DNA from: Acidobacteriota bacterium
GTDB taxonomy: Bacteria > Acidobacteriota > Vicinamibacteria > Vicinamibacterales > Fen-181
Length of the DNA: 40,723 nt
Direction: 5' to 3'
Assembly (NCBI GenBank): GCA_021779795.1
Contig: JAJXZZ010000001.1
Coordinates: 1 to 40,723, forward strand
Shown: in pieces, positions 17,839-25,852 of the stretch
Layout of the letters: every line of letters starts with the position of its first letter
Numbering within the stretch: the stretch's first letter is position 1
Notes under the pieces: model-generated
The model's input: the letters and a program-made list of their open reading frames with translations, nothing else
What the model was told of the DNA's origin: nothing
Databases searched by the model: none
Position numbers and translations under genes: made by a program

Positions 17839-18090
17839 ATGAAGGAAATGATTCTCGAGTACATCAGGAACGAATACATCGACGACGACGAGGCGGACGA
17901 GGTCACGCTCGACGAGAACACGCCGCTGATTTCGAGCGGGATCGTGGACAGCTTCAGCATGGTGAGCCTGAAGCGGTTCCTCGAGAAGAAGTACTCCATT
18001 TCGATCCCCGACGAGGAAGCGTCGCCCGAGGCGTTCAACACCGTCACGAGCATCATCGCGCTCGTGAACAGGCACGTGGCGAAGAAGTAG
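17839..18090 (+). CDS. Stand-alone acyl carrier protein
   Basis: 83 aa, acidic; GIVDSFSMV phosphopantetheine-attachment motif; GAGAGG RBS. Confidence 0.9.
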   Translation: MKEMILEYIRNEYIDDDEADEVTLDENTPLISSGIVDSFSMVSLKRFLEKKYSISIPDEEASPEAFNTVTSIIALVNRHVAKK

Positions 18091-18105
18091 GCGGTTCGCC
18101 GTTGT

Positions 18106-18186
18106 AGTGATCAGTGGCTAGTGGTGAGTGGTCAGCAGATCACGCGTGATCCTCCAGCCACGAGCCACTGACCACTTGCGACCACG
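18106..18186. repeat. Inverted heptamer arrays around a 14-bp palindrome
   Basis: AGTGATC AGTGGCT AGTGGTG AGTGGTC, then GATCACGCGTGATC (18138-18151), then AGCCACG AGCCACT GACCACT...GACCACG (reverse-complement units). Confidence 0.8.
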
Positions 18187-18207
18187 CCGCCCTGTCCCTC
18201 GTCCCTT

Positions 18208-20097
18208 CTACTTGAGCGAGATCCTGAGCTTGTACACGTCCCCGCTCGTCGCCATCTCGAGCGGGAACTTCATCTTCTCGAACACGCGCAGCATCGCCTC
18301 GTTCTCGCGCAGCACCTCGGCCGTGAAGCCGTGCAGCCCCTGCTTGCGGGCGATCTGCGTCAGGTGGGCGAGCAGTTCGGTGCCGACGCCCTGGTTCTGG
18401 TACGCGTCGGTCACGGCGAACGCCACGTTGGCCGTCAGGCCGTCCTCCTCGATGTAGTACTCGGCCAGCCCCAAGACCGGCGAGCGCGTCCCCTCGTCGG
18501 GGCAGGCGAGGATGACCATCTCGCGCCCGTAGTCGATCGCCACGAACTCCTGCAGCCGCTCGTGAGGCATGTCGCGCCGCGGCGTCATGAACCGCCGGTA
18601 CATGCTCTGGTCGGAGAGCGAGTAGAAGAAGTCCTTGAGCGCCGGCTCGTCGCTGATCTTCACCGGCCGCAGCAGCAGGGGGAGGCCCGTCTTGGTCGTC
18701 TTGCGCGCCTCGTGGTGCTCGGGGTACTCGCCGCGCTCGCCCGGCACGAACTCCTGGTCGCCGTACACGAGGTGCAGGCGGCGGGCCTCCTCGACGAGCC
18801 GGTGCCTGAAGGCCGGGTGCGCGATGGCGATCAGGTCCATCGCCCGCTCGCGGACGTTCTTGCCGTGGATGTGGGCGATGCCGTACTCGGTGACCACGTA
18901 GTGGACGTCGCCGCGGTTCAGCGTGGCGCCGGCCCCCTCGGGCAGGAACGGCACGATGCGCGACACGGCGCCGTCCTCGGCCGTGGACTGCAGGGCGAGG
19001 ATCGACTTGCCGCCCCGGGCGAGAATGGCGCCCCGCATGAAGTCGGCCTGCCCGCCGATGCCGCTGTAGAAGGAGCGGCCGATCGACTCGGCCGTCGCCT
19101 GGCCGGTCAGGTCGATCTGCAGCGCGCTGTTGATCGCGCACATCCGTTCCTGCCGCGCGATCACGACCGGGTCGTTCGTGTAGTCGATCGTCCTGAACTC
19201 GATCGCCGGGTTGCAGTGCACGAAGTCGTACGTCTCGCGGCTGCCCATGCAGAACGAGGTCACGGCCTGGCCGCGGTCCACGGTCTTGCGCGAGTTGTCG
19301 ATCACCCCCGCGCGGATGAGGTCCACCAGGCCGTCGGTGAGCAGCTCGGTGTGGACGCCCAGGTGCTTCTTCCGTCGGAGCGCCGACATGATCGCGTTCG
19401 GCACGCTGCCGTAGCCCGCCTGGATCGTGTCGCCGTCCTCGACGATGCGCGCGACGTACCGGCCGATGCGCTCCGCGATCGCGTCCGGCACGCTGGGCCG
19501 GTACTCCAGCAGCGGCTCGTCGAACGGGACGACGTAGTCCACCTCGTCGATGTGCAGGAAGCCGTCGCCCTGCACGCGCGGCATCTGCGGGTTGACCTGC
19601 GCGATGATCAGCCGCGCGCTCGCCGCCGCCGCCTTGACGATGTCCACCGAGATGCCGAGGCTCAGGTAGCCGTGGCGATCGGGGGGCGAGGTCTGGACGA
19701 GGGCGACGTCGATCGAGAGCACCCGGCGGTTGAACAGGTCGGGGACCTGCGACAGGAAGATCGGCGTGTAGTCGGCGAGCCCCTCGTTGACGGCCGACCG
19801 GGTGTTCGGGCCGACGAAGAACGCGTTCAGGCGGAAGTTCGACTTCAGCCGCTCGTCGGTGTACGGCGCCACGCCGAGCGTCCAGACCTGGATGATCTCG
19901 GCGTCGAAGAACGCCTTGGGGTGCGCCTTGACGTAGTCGGTGAGCGCCTGCACGAGGTGCTGCGGCTCGCCGCAGGCGGTGCCGAGGAAGATCCGGTCGC
20001 CCCGCCGGACGTGGGCGAACACCTCCTCCTCGGGCGGGAACTTCTCCGGGTACCGCGCCCGGAACCGCTCCAGGTCCTCCATCCCGGTCATCGGCAT
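18208..20097 (-). CDS. Acetyl-CoA hydrolase/transferase fused to a C-terminal GNAT acetyltransferase
   Basis: 629 aa; GVHTE (catalytic Glu region), INSALQIDLTGQ, SGIGGQADF, VVTEYG, IAHP; C-terminal GNAT with YQNQGVGTELL and ENEAMLRVFEK. Confidence 0.9.
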   Translation of the reverse strand: MPMTGMEDLERFRARYPEKFPPEEEVFAHVRRGDRIFLGTACGEPQHLVQALTDYVKAHPKAFFDAEIIQVWTLGVAPYTDERLKSNFRLNAFFVGPNTRSAVNEGLADYTPIFLSQVPDLFNRRVLSIDVALVQTSPPDRHGYLSLGISVDIVKAAAASARLIIAQVNPQMPRVQGDGFLHIDEVDYVVPFDEPLLEYRPSVPDAIAERIGRYVARIVEDGDTIQAGYGSVPNAIMSALRRKKHLGVHTELLTDGLVDLIRAGVIDNSRKTVDRGQAVTSFCMGSRETYDFVHCNPAIEFRTIDYTNDPVVIARQERMCAINSALQIDLTGQATAESIGRSFYSGIGGQADFMRGAILARGGKSILALQSTAEDGAVSRIVPFLPEGAGATLNRGDVHYVVTEYGIAHIHGKNVRERAMDLIAIAHPAFRHRLVEEARRLHLVYGDQEFVPGERGEYPEHHEARKTTKTGLPLLLRPVKISDEPALKDFFYSLSDQSMYRRFMTPRRDMPHERLQEFVAIDYGREMVILACPDEGTRSPVLGLAEYYIEEDGLTANVAFAVTDAYQNQGVGTELLAHLTQIARKQGLHGFTAEVLRENEAMLRVFEKMKFPLEMATSGDVYKLRISLK

Positions 20098-20205
20098 CGC
20101 GCCCGCCTCCCCGCGGCCCGCCGCGGGGGCGGGACCGGGTAGAATGAAGCTGGCTCATTGTACATGGTGGCGTGGGCCGACTCCATTTCAGCGTGCCGGT
20201 GAGAC

Positions 20206-21633
20206 ATGGACGCGATCGATCAATACGCCAACGACCTCCTCGGGCGGGCGACGGCGGCCGCCGAGGCGTTCCGGACGTTCGGCCAGGAGCAGGTGGACCG
20301 CGTGGTCGAGGCGGTGTACACGGCCGCCTGGAACCACCGCGTCGAGTTCGCGCGGCTCGCCTTCGAGGAGACCGGCATGGGGATCCTCGAGGACAAGATC
20401 CTCAAGAACTCGTACGCCAGCCTGCTCGTGTACGAGGACATCCGGTGCCGGCCGACCGTCGGCGTCATCAGCCAGGACCCGGTGCTCGGCGTGTGCGAGG
20501 TGGCCCAGCCGCGGGGCCCCGTGCTCGCCACCATCCCGGTGACCAACCCCACCTCGACGACGATCTTCAAGGCGCTCATCTGCATGAAGACGCGCAACCC
20601 GGTCGTCTTCAGCCCGCACCGGGGGGCGCGCAAGTGCATCCGCGAGACGTGCCGGGTGCTGGCCGAGGCGGCCGAGGCCGCCGGCGCGCCCGCCAACGCG
20701 ATCCAGTACCTCGCGCGCTCGCAGCCGGAGTACGTCGAGCGGATCATGAAGCACCGGAAGCTGGCGCTGATCCTCGCCACCGGCACCAGCTCGATCGTCC
20801 GCACCGCGCAGCAGTCGGGCACCCCCACGCTCGGCGTCGGCCCGGGCAACGTCCCGATCTACGTCCACCGGTCCGCCGACATCGAGCACGCGGCCCGCTC
20901 GATCGTCTTCTCGAAGACGTTCGACCACAGCACCATCTGCGGATCGGAGCAGGCGATCGTCGTCGAGCCGGACGTGGACCGGCGGCTCCGCCCCCTGCTG
21001 GAGCGGGCGGGGGCGGTCTTCTGCACGCCCGACCAGACGCGGGCGCTCGGCGCCGCCTGCATCGATCTCGAGCGGCGGCGGATGAAGGCGGAGATCGTGG
21101 GCCAGTCGCCGCAGGTCATCGCGGCGCGCGCCGGCTTCGCGGTCCCCGAGGGCACGCGGATCCTGGTCGGCGAGCCCGAGGGCGTCGGGCCGGCCCACCC
21201 GCTGTCGTACGAGATCCTGGCGCCGGTGCTGGCGTACTACACGGTCGGCAGCTACGAGACGGCGATCGAGACGTGCGCGGCGCTCAACCGGTGGGGCGGC
21301 GTGGGCCACACCGTGGGCGTCTACGCGAACGACGAGTCGGTGGTGGAAGACTTCGCGATGATGAACGCCGGGCGGATCCTGGTCAACACGCCGTCGAGCC
21401 AGGGGGCGATCGGGGGGACGTTCAACACGCTGAGGCCGTCGCTGACGCTCTCGTGCGGCACCGAGGCGGGCAACGTCAGCACCGACAACATCTCGACCGA
21501 CCACCTGCTGAACATCCACCGCGTGGCGCGGATGCGCCCCAACACGCGCTGGCTCGAGAAGGCGCGCGCCCGCGCCGTGGACGAGCGCGTGGACGCCGAC
21601 GAGATACGCAGGATTTACAACAGGAACTGGTAG
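20206..21633 (+). CDS. CoA-acylating aldehyde dehydrogenase (AdhE N-domain/EutE-like)
   Basis: 475 aa; IPVTNPTSTTIFK, GVGPGNVP, SKTFD, TICGSEQ (catalytic Cys), PSLTLSCG, NIHRVA. Confidence 0.88.
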   Translation: MDAIDQYANDLLGRATAAAEAFRTFGQEQVDRVVEAVYTAAWNHRVEFARLAFEETGMGILEDKILKNSYASLLVYEDIRCRPTVGVISQDPVLGVCEVAQPRGPVLATIPVTNPTSTTIFKALICMKTRNPVVFSPHRGARKCIRETCRVLAEAAEAAGAPANAIQYLARSQPEYVERIMKHRKLALILATGTSSIVRTAQQSGTPTLGVGPGNVPIYVHRSADIEHAARSIVFSKTFDHSTICGSEQAIVVEPDVDRRLRPLLERAGAVFCTPDQTRALGAACIDLERRRMKAEIVGQSPQVIAARAGFAVPEGTRILVGEPEGVGPAHPLSYEILAPVLAYYTVGSYETAIETCAALNRWGGVGHTVGVYANDESVVEDFAMMNAGRILVNTPSSQGAIGGTFNTLRPSLTLSCGTEAGNVSTDNISTDHLLNIHRVARMRPNTRWLEKARARAVDERVDADEIRRIYNRNW

Positions 21634-21662
21634 GGCGGGGACGGGAACGCCGGCAGCGGAGA

Positions 21663-21754
21663 GCGGATCACGGAGGGAGGCCGGGCAGCGGCTCGGCGGC
21701 CAGCGGACCTCCGCCGCCAGCCGCCGGATCTCCCGTCTTCGGACCGTGATCCGC
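21663..21754. repeat. 11-bp inverted repeat bracketing a GC-rich spacer
   Basis: GCGGATCACGG (21663-21673) / CCGTGATCCGC (21744-21754) between convergent genes. Confidence 0.55.
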
Positions 21755-21762
21755 CACCCGCT

Positions 21763-21811
21763 TACTTCGTACTTCTTACTTCGTACTTCTTACTTCGTAC
21801 TTCCTACTTCT
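21763..21811. repeat. Seven TACTTCN heptamers with alternating G/T (14-bp higher-order unit)
   Basis: TACTTCG TACTTCT TACTTCG TACTTCT TACTTCG TACTTCC TACTTCT, abutting the aconitase stop. Confidence 0.9.
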
Positions 21812-21812
21812 T

Positions 21813-23744
21813 CTACGCCCTGCCCTCGAGTTGCGCCTTGATCCACGGCAGCTTGCCGCCGGCCTTGAGGATCTGCGCGTCGAGCGGCGAGAGCGAGTGC
21901 ACCAGCTCGGCCTCGGTGCCGTCGGTGACGTTCCTGAGCACGATGCGGCTCAGGAGGCTGCCGATGACGACCTGGATCTGGTCGCCCGGCTCGATCGAGT
22001 CGTAGTCGGCCGGGTTCTTGAAGGTCAGCGGGACGATCCCGAAGTTGATCAGGTTCGCCAGGTGGATCCGCGCGAACGACCGGACGATCACCGCCTTGAT
22101 GCCGAGGTACTTCGGCGCGAGCGCGGCGTGCTCGCGGCTCGAGCCCTGCCCGTAGTTGTCGCCGCCGACGATGAACCCGCCGCCCGCCTCCCTGGCGCGC
22201 CTGGCGAAGGTCGGGTCCACGGCCTCGAAGACGTACTTCGAGATCTCGGGGATGTTGCTCCGCAGCGGCAGGACCTTGGCGCCGGCCGGCATGATGTGGT
22301 CGGTGGTGATGTTGTCGCCCACCTTGAGCAGCGCCGGCCCCTCGAGGACGTCGGGCAGCGGCGGGAAGGCCGGCAGCGGCGCGATGTTCGGGCCGCGGAT
22401 GATGGCGGCGCTCGAGGCCGCGGTCTCGTCCAGCGGCTGGATGAACATGTTGTCGTTGACGAAGAAGCGCTTCGGCAGCTTGATCGCCGGCGCCGCGCCC
22501 AGCTCGCGCGGGTCGGTCAGGACGCCGGTCAGCGCCGTGGCCGCCGCCACCTCGGGCGAGACCAGGAAGACCGAGGCGTCCTTGGTGCCGCTGCGCCCCT
22601 CGAAGTTCCGGTTGAACGTGCGCACCGACACCGCGCCCGACGGCGGCGCCGCGCCCATGCCGATGCACGGGCCGCACGCGTTCTCGAGGATCCGGGTGCC
22701 GGCCGCCACGATGTCGCGCATCTCGCCGCTGGCCACCAGGTGCTCGACCACCTGCCGGCTGCCCGCGCTCACCGTCAGGTGCAGCGACTCGGCGATCGTC
22801 TTCCCCCTGAGGACGGCGGCCGCCACCTTCATGTCCTTGAGCGACGAGTTGGTGCACGACCCGATGCAGACCTGCTGGACCGGGATCTTGCCGATCTCGC
22901 GCACCGGCTTCACGGCGCCGGGGCTGTGCGGCATCGCCGCCAGCGGCTCGAGGGCGGCGAGGTCGATCTCGATCACCTCGTCGAACCCCGCCCGCTTGTC
23001 GGCCTCGAGCTTCATCCAGTGCGCCTCGCGCCCCTGCGCCCGCAGGAACGCCTTGGTCACCGCGTCGCTCGGGAAGATCGACGTCGTGCAGCCGGTCTCG
23101 GTGCCCATGTTGGTGATCGTCGCCCGGTCGGGCACCGACAGCGACTTCACGCCCGGCCCGAAGTACTCGAACACCTTGCCCACGCCCCCCTTGACGTCCA
23201 CGCGGCGCAGCAGCTCCAGGATGACGTCCTTGGCCGACACCCAGGGCGGCAGCGCGCCGGTCAGCCGGATGCCGACGACCTTCGGGACCTTGATGCGGAA
23301 CGGCTCGCCGGCCATCGCGCAGGCGACGTCGAGGCCGCCGGCCCCCATCGCGAGCGACCCGATGCCGCCCGCCGTGGGCGTGTGGCTGTCGCTGCCGATC
23401 ATCGTCCGGCCGGGGCGGGCGAGGCGCTCGAGGTGGAGCTGGTGGCAGATGCCGTTGCCGGGGCGCGAGAAGACGATGCCGTGCCTGGCCGCGACGGTGC
23501 GGAGGTAGCTGTGGTCGTCGGCGTTCTTGAAGTCGCCCTGCAGCGTGTTGTGATCGACGTAGCTGACCGACAGCTCCGTCTTCACGCGCGGGATGCCGAT
23601 CGCCTCGAACTGCAGGTACGCCATCGTCCCGGTCGCATCCTGCGTCAGCGTCTGGTCGATGCGAATGGCAATCTCGTTGCCGACCGCCCACTGCCCCTCG
23701 ACCAGGTGCGCCTCGATGATCTTCCGTGTGACAGAACTGCCCAT
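21813..23744 (-). CDS. Aconitate hydratase (short ~640-aa type)
   Basis: 643 aa; QDATGT, YVDHN, GSDSHT, three Fe-S Cys (GSCTN, CGPCIG), NRNFEGR, TTDHI, GSSREHA. Confidence 0.92.
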   Translation of the reverse strand: MGSSVTRKIIEAHLVEGQWAVGNEIAIRIDQTLTQDATGTMAYLQFEAIGIPRVKTELSVSYVDHNTLQGDFKNADDHSYLRTVAARHGIVFSRPGNGICHQLHLERLARPGRTMIGSDSHTPTAGGIGSLAMGAGGLDVACAMAGEPFRIKVPKVVGIRLTGALPPWVSAKDVILELLRRVDVKGGVGKVFEYFGPGVKSLSVPDRATITNMGTETGCTTSIFPSDAVTKAFLRAQGREAHWMKLEADKRAGFDEVIEIDLAALEPLAAMPHSPGAVKPVREIGKIPVQQVCIGSCTNSSLKDMKVAAAVLRGKTIAESLHLTVSAGSRQVVEHLVASGEMRDIVAAGTRILENACGPCIGMGAAPPSGAVSVRTFNRNFEGRSGTKDASVFLVSPEVAAATALTGVLTDPRELGAAPAIKLPKRFFVNDNMFIQPLDETAASSAAIIRGPNIAPLPAFPPLPDVLEGPALLKVGDNITTDHIMPAGAKVLPLRSNIPEISKYVFEAVDPTFARRAREAGGGFIVGGDNYGQGSSREHAALAPKYLGIKAVIVRSFARIHLANLINFGIVPLTFKNPADYDSIEPGDQIQVVIGSLLSRIVLRNVTDGTEAELVHSLSPLDAQILKAGGKLPWIKAQLEGRA

Positions 23745-23844
23745 CGATGATTCCTCCGTGCGCGCGTCCGCGTGAACCTGCCCTACTGCCGGTTCAGATG
23801 GTGTGAGTGCGTCCAGCGAGTGTACCGAATGGGTTGAGAGGGGG

Positions 23845-24237
23845 TCAACGTGGAACCGGCTCGCGGCAGTTGTCTTCGAACTCCATCAGCTCCACCGGCG
23901 CCCCGTCGTCGAGAATGAAGGCCACGCGCACGCCGCGCGACGGACTGTTCGGCGCGATCAGGACCTGCTTTCCTTCGAGCGCCCGGTCGAGATCGTCCAC
24001 GGCAAATGCAAGGTGCGGCACCGTCCGCACGACTTCCGGCGCGTCGCAGTCCGGGTCGAAGCGCATCCACTCGATCCCGTACGGGCTCGTCTCGAACCCG
24101 CGGACGTGGATCCCGAGATGCTCGACGTGCCGCTCGCCGGCCAGAGGCGACGCGTGCGGGATGCCAAGGTGATGGTAGCGCCAGCCGTATCTCGCCGTGG
24201 CCGCGGGCGGATCGGCAGGAAGCCTTTGCTCGCTCAT
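23845..24237 (-). CDS. VOC/glyoxalase-like protein
   Basis: 130 aa; YHHLGIP, PHLAFAVDDL, VAFILDDGAPVELME. Confidence 0.75.
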   Translation of the reverse strand: MSEQRLPADPPAATARYGWRYHHLGIPHASPLAGERHVEHLGIHVRGFETSPYGIEWMRFDPDCDAPEVVRTVPHLAFAVDDLDRALEGKQVLIAPNSPSRGVRVAFILDDGAPVELMEFEDNCREPVPR

Positions 24238-24282
24238 CTCGAGTCCTCGATTGCGAGATCCACGTGAACGACCCTGGGCCGC

Positions 24283-24306
24283 GCCGCCCCGAAGGGGTCG
24301 GCCTAC
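24283..24306 (-). repeat. GTAG-type REP-like hairpin
   Basis: Minus strand reads GTAG GCCGACCCC TTC GGGG-CGGC. Confidence 0.55.
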
Positions 24307-24384
24307 AACGGGTCACGCCTGGCGGAACGTGAGCCTTGAGCCTGTGCGGTCAAGGACATAGGTAACAAGCTCATCCACGTTCTG

Positions 24385-24843
24385 TCATCGCTGGTGGCCC
24401 ATCGTGCGCAATGACGGAAAGGTCGTTGGGACGTTCATGCGCCGGTTCCACCGTGTGCGTGCGCTGGTCGAGGCGCGCGATCGGGACCTCGACAGCACGT
24501 CCGCGCCCCGGGCCGCCCGATCGAACTCCTTGAGCCCCGCCCCGAAACGGCGAACTGCCTGGCTCCATTTCTGCCGATTCGCTGCGCTCACCTTGCCTGG
24601 CCAGCTGCCGGACGCGTGCTTCGGCACCGGCGGCTTCCCGCCGCCGAGCCACTGCACCACCCACTCGTTCCAATAGAGCATGCGGGTGAGGATCTCGTAG
24701 ACCGAGTGCGGGGCGCCGGCAGGACGGACGCCCGCCTGCTTCCAGCCGAGTCCCGCGAAGATCGTCCCGGTGTCCACGTGCGCGCCGGTTCCGTGCAGGG
24801 CGTTGCGCAGCGCCACGCCCACGGCGTCATGTCCGTCGGTCAT
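24385..24843 (-). pseudogene. DinB-family gene, probably 3'-truncated
   Basis: N-terminal GTGAHVD...PHSVYEIL...WP fits DinB-like proteins. After ADVLSR the frame is low-complexity, and none of the three frames has the C-terminal HxxYHxGQ helix. Confidence 0.6.
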
Positions 24844-24897
24844 GATGCGCTCCAGTCATGCCATGGTTCCGTGGTGTCCGGAGACACCGCCTTCCCA

Positions 24898-24960
24898 GGC
24901 AAGGCTAAAGCCTCGCCCTACCGATGAAGGCTCCCCCCGACCGCTGAAGCCTCGCCGTAC
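24898..24960 (-). repeat. GTAG-type REP-like hairpin plus a degenerate second copy
   Basis: GTAG GGCGAGGC TTTA GCCTTGCC (24898-24921); partial copy GTAC GGCGAGGC TTCA GC (24943-24960). Confidence 0.6.
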
Positions 24961-24979
24961 CCCTGCTCGCGTGACGCAT

Positions 24980-25007
24980 CCGTCAGCCGTCGGTCGTCAG
25001 CCGTCAG
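24980..25007. repeat. Four CCGTCAG heptamers
   Basis: CCGTCAG CCGTCGG TCGTCAG CCGTCAG, next to the stop codon at 25011. Confidence 0.7.
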
Positions 25008-25010
25008 CCG

Positions 25011-25766
25011 CTAATACAGCCAGACGCGTCCGCCGCCGCGCAACCTCGTCCCCTCCTGCGGCGTCACCTGCTCGACGTCGCAGAGCCACTGCCGCTCCGG
25101 GCGCATCAGGTAGAGCCGGACCGCTTCCATGGCCGACCGGCCGCCTGCCGGCTCGACGCCGAGGATCTTCGGCCAGGCCGTCCGCCACAGCGCCGGCTTG
25201 ATGTGGATGGGGTCGATCCCGTACCACGACGGCTCGAGCTGGAACAGCGGCACGCGGTGCGCCGCCGCCAACTCGGCCAGCCCGGCGTTGACCAGCTCCG
25301 CTCGCTCCTGAACGACGTGGAGCCGCATGCGGCAGGACGGCGCGAACACCGCCCTGAAGGCGCGGTAGCGGGAGGGGGAGAGGCTCCGGATGCTGTCGAG
25401 CGGAAGGCCGGCGATCACGATGTCGCCGGTGTGGCGCTCGAGCCGCCCCATCGCCTCGTCCACCCACCCCAGGAGGCGTTCGACGGGAATGCCGTAGAGG
25501 ATTTCGTTGCCGACGTCGGTGACGAGCGCGCGGGTCGGCGCCGGCGGCGCCGTCTCGAGGTGACGCCACAGGCCGGAGTCGAGAATCGCGGGGAGCCGGC
25601 GCGCGAGGAAGGCGCTCTCGACACCGTAGGCCCTCCCGTGGCCCAGGGCGGCGACGATCTCGACGCCCGGCCCCCACGCGGCCCGCGCCGCCGCCACGAC
25701 GGCCTGGAGGCCTCGCGTCAGGTTGCTGGCGCCGAGCGCCACGACCCGCCGGATGTCATCGGCCAT
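25011..25766 (-). CDS. Hypothetical protein, SGNH/GDSL-like
   Basis: 251 aa; block I-like VALGASNL, block III-like DVGNE, block V-like DPIH. Confidence 0.65.
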   Translation of the reverse strand: MADDIRRVVALGASNLTRGLQAVVAAARAAWGPGVEIVAALGHGRAYGVESAFLARRLPAILDSGLWRHLETAPPAPTRALVTDVGNEILYGIPVERLLGWVDEAMGRLERHTGDIVIAGLPLDSIRSLSPSRYRAFRAVFAPSCRMRLHVVQERAELVNAGLAELAAAHRVPLFQLEPSWYGIDPIHIKPALWRTAWPKILGVEPAGGRSAMEAVRLYLMRPERQWLCDVEQVTPQEGTRLRGGGRVWLY

Positions 25767-25852
25767 CGCTCGCTCCCGGGAACCTTGGCGGCGCCGCCCT
25801 CCTCCCGAGGCCCCATGATCTCACGAACCCGCACGCCCGGCGGGGACCCCGC

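Noticed and set aside
20206..21633. Bacterial microcompartment locus
   Set aside because: No shell-protein genes and no evident encapsulation peptide.
15902..21811. CRISPR array
   Set aside because: Repeats are 7-bp tandem units without unique spacers, and there are no cas genes.
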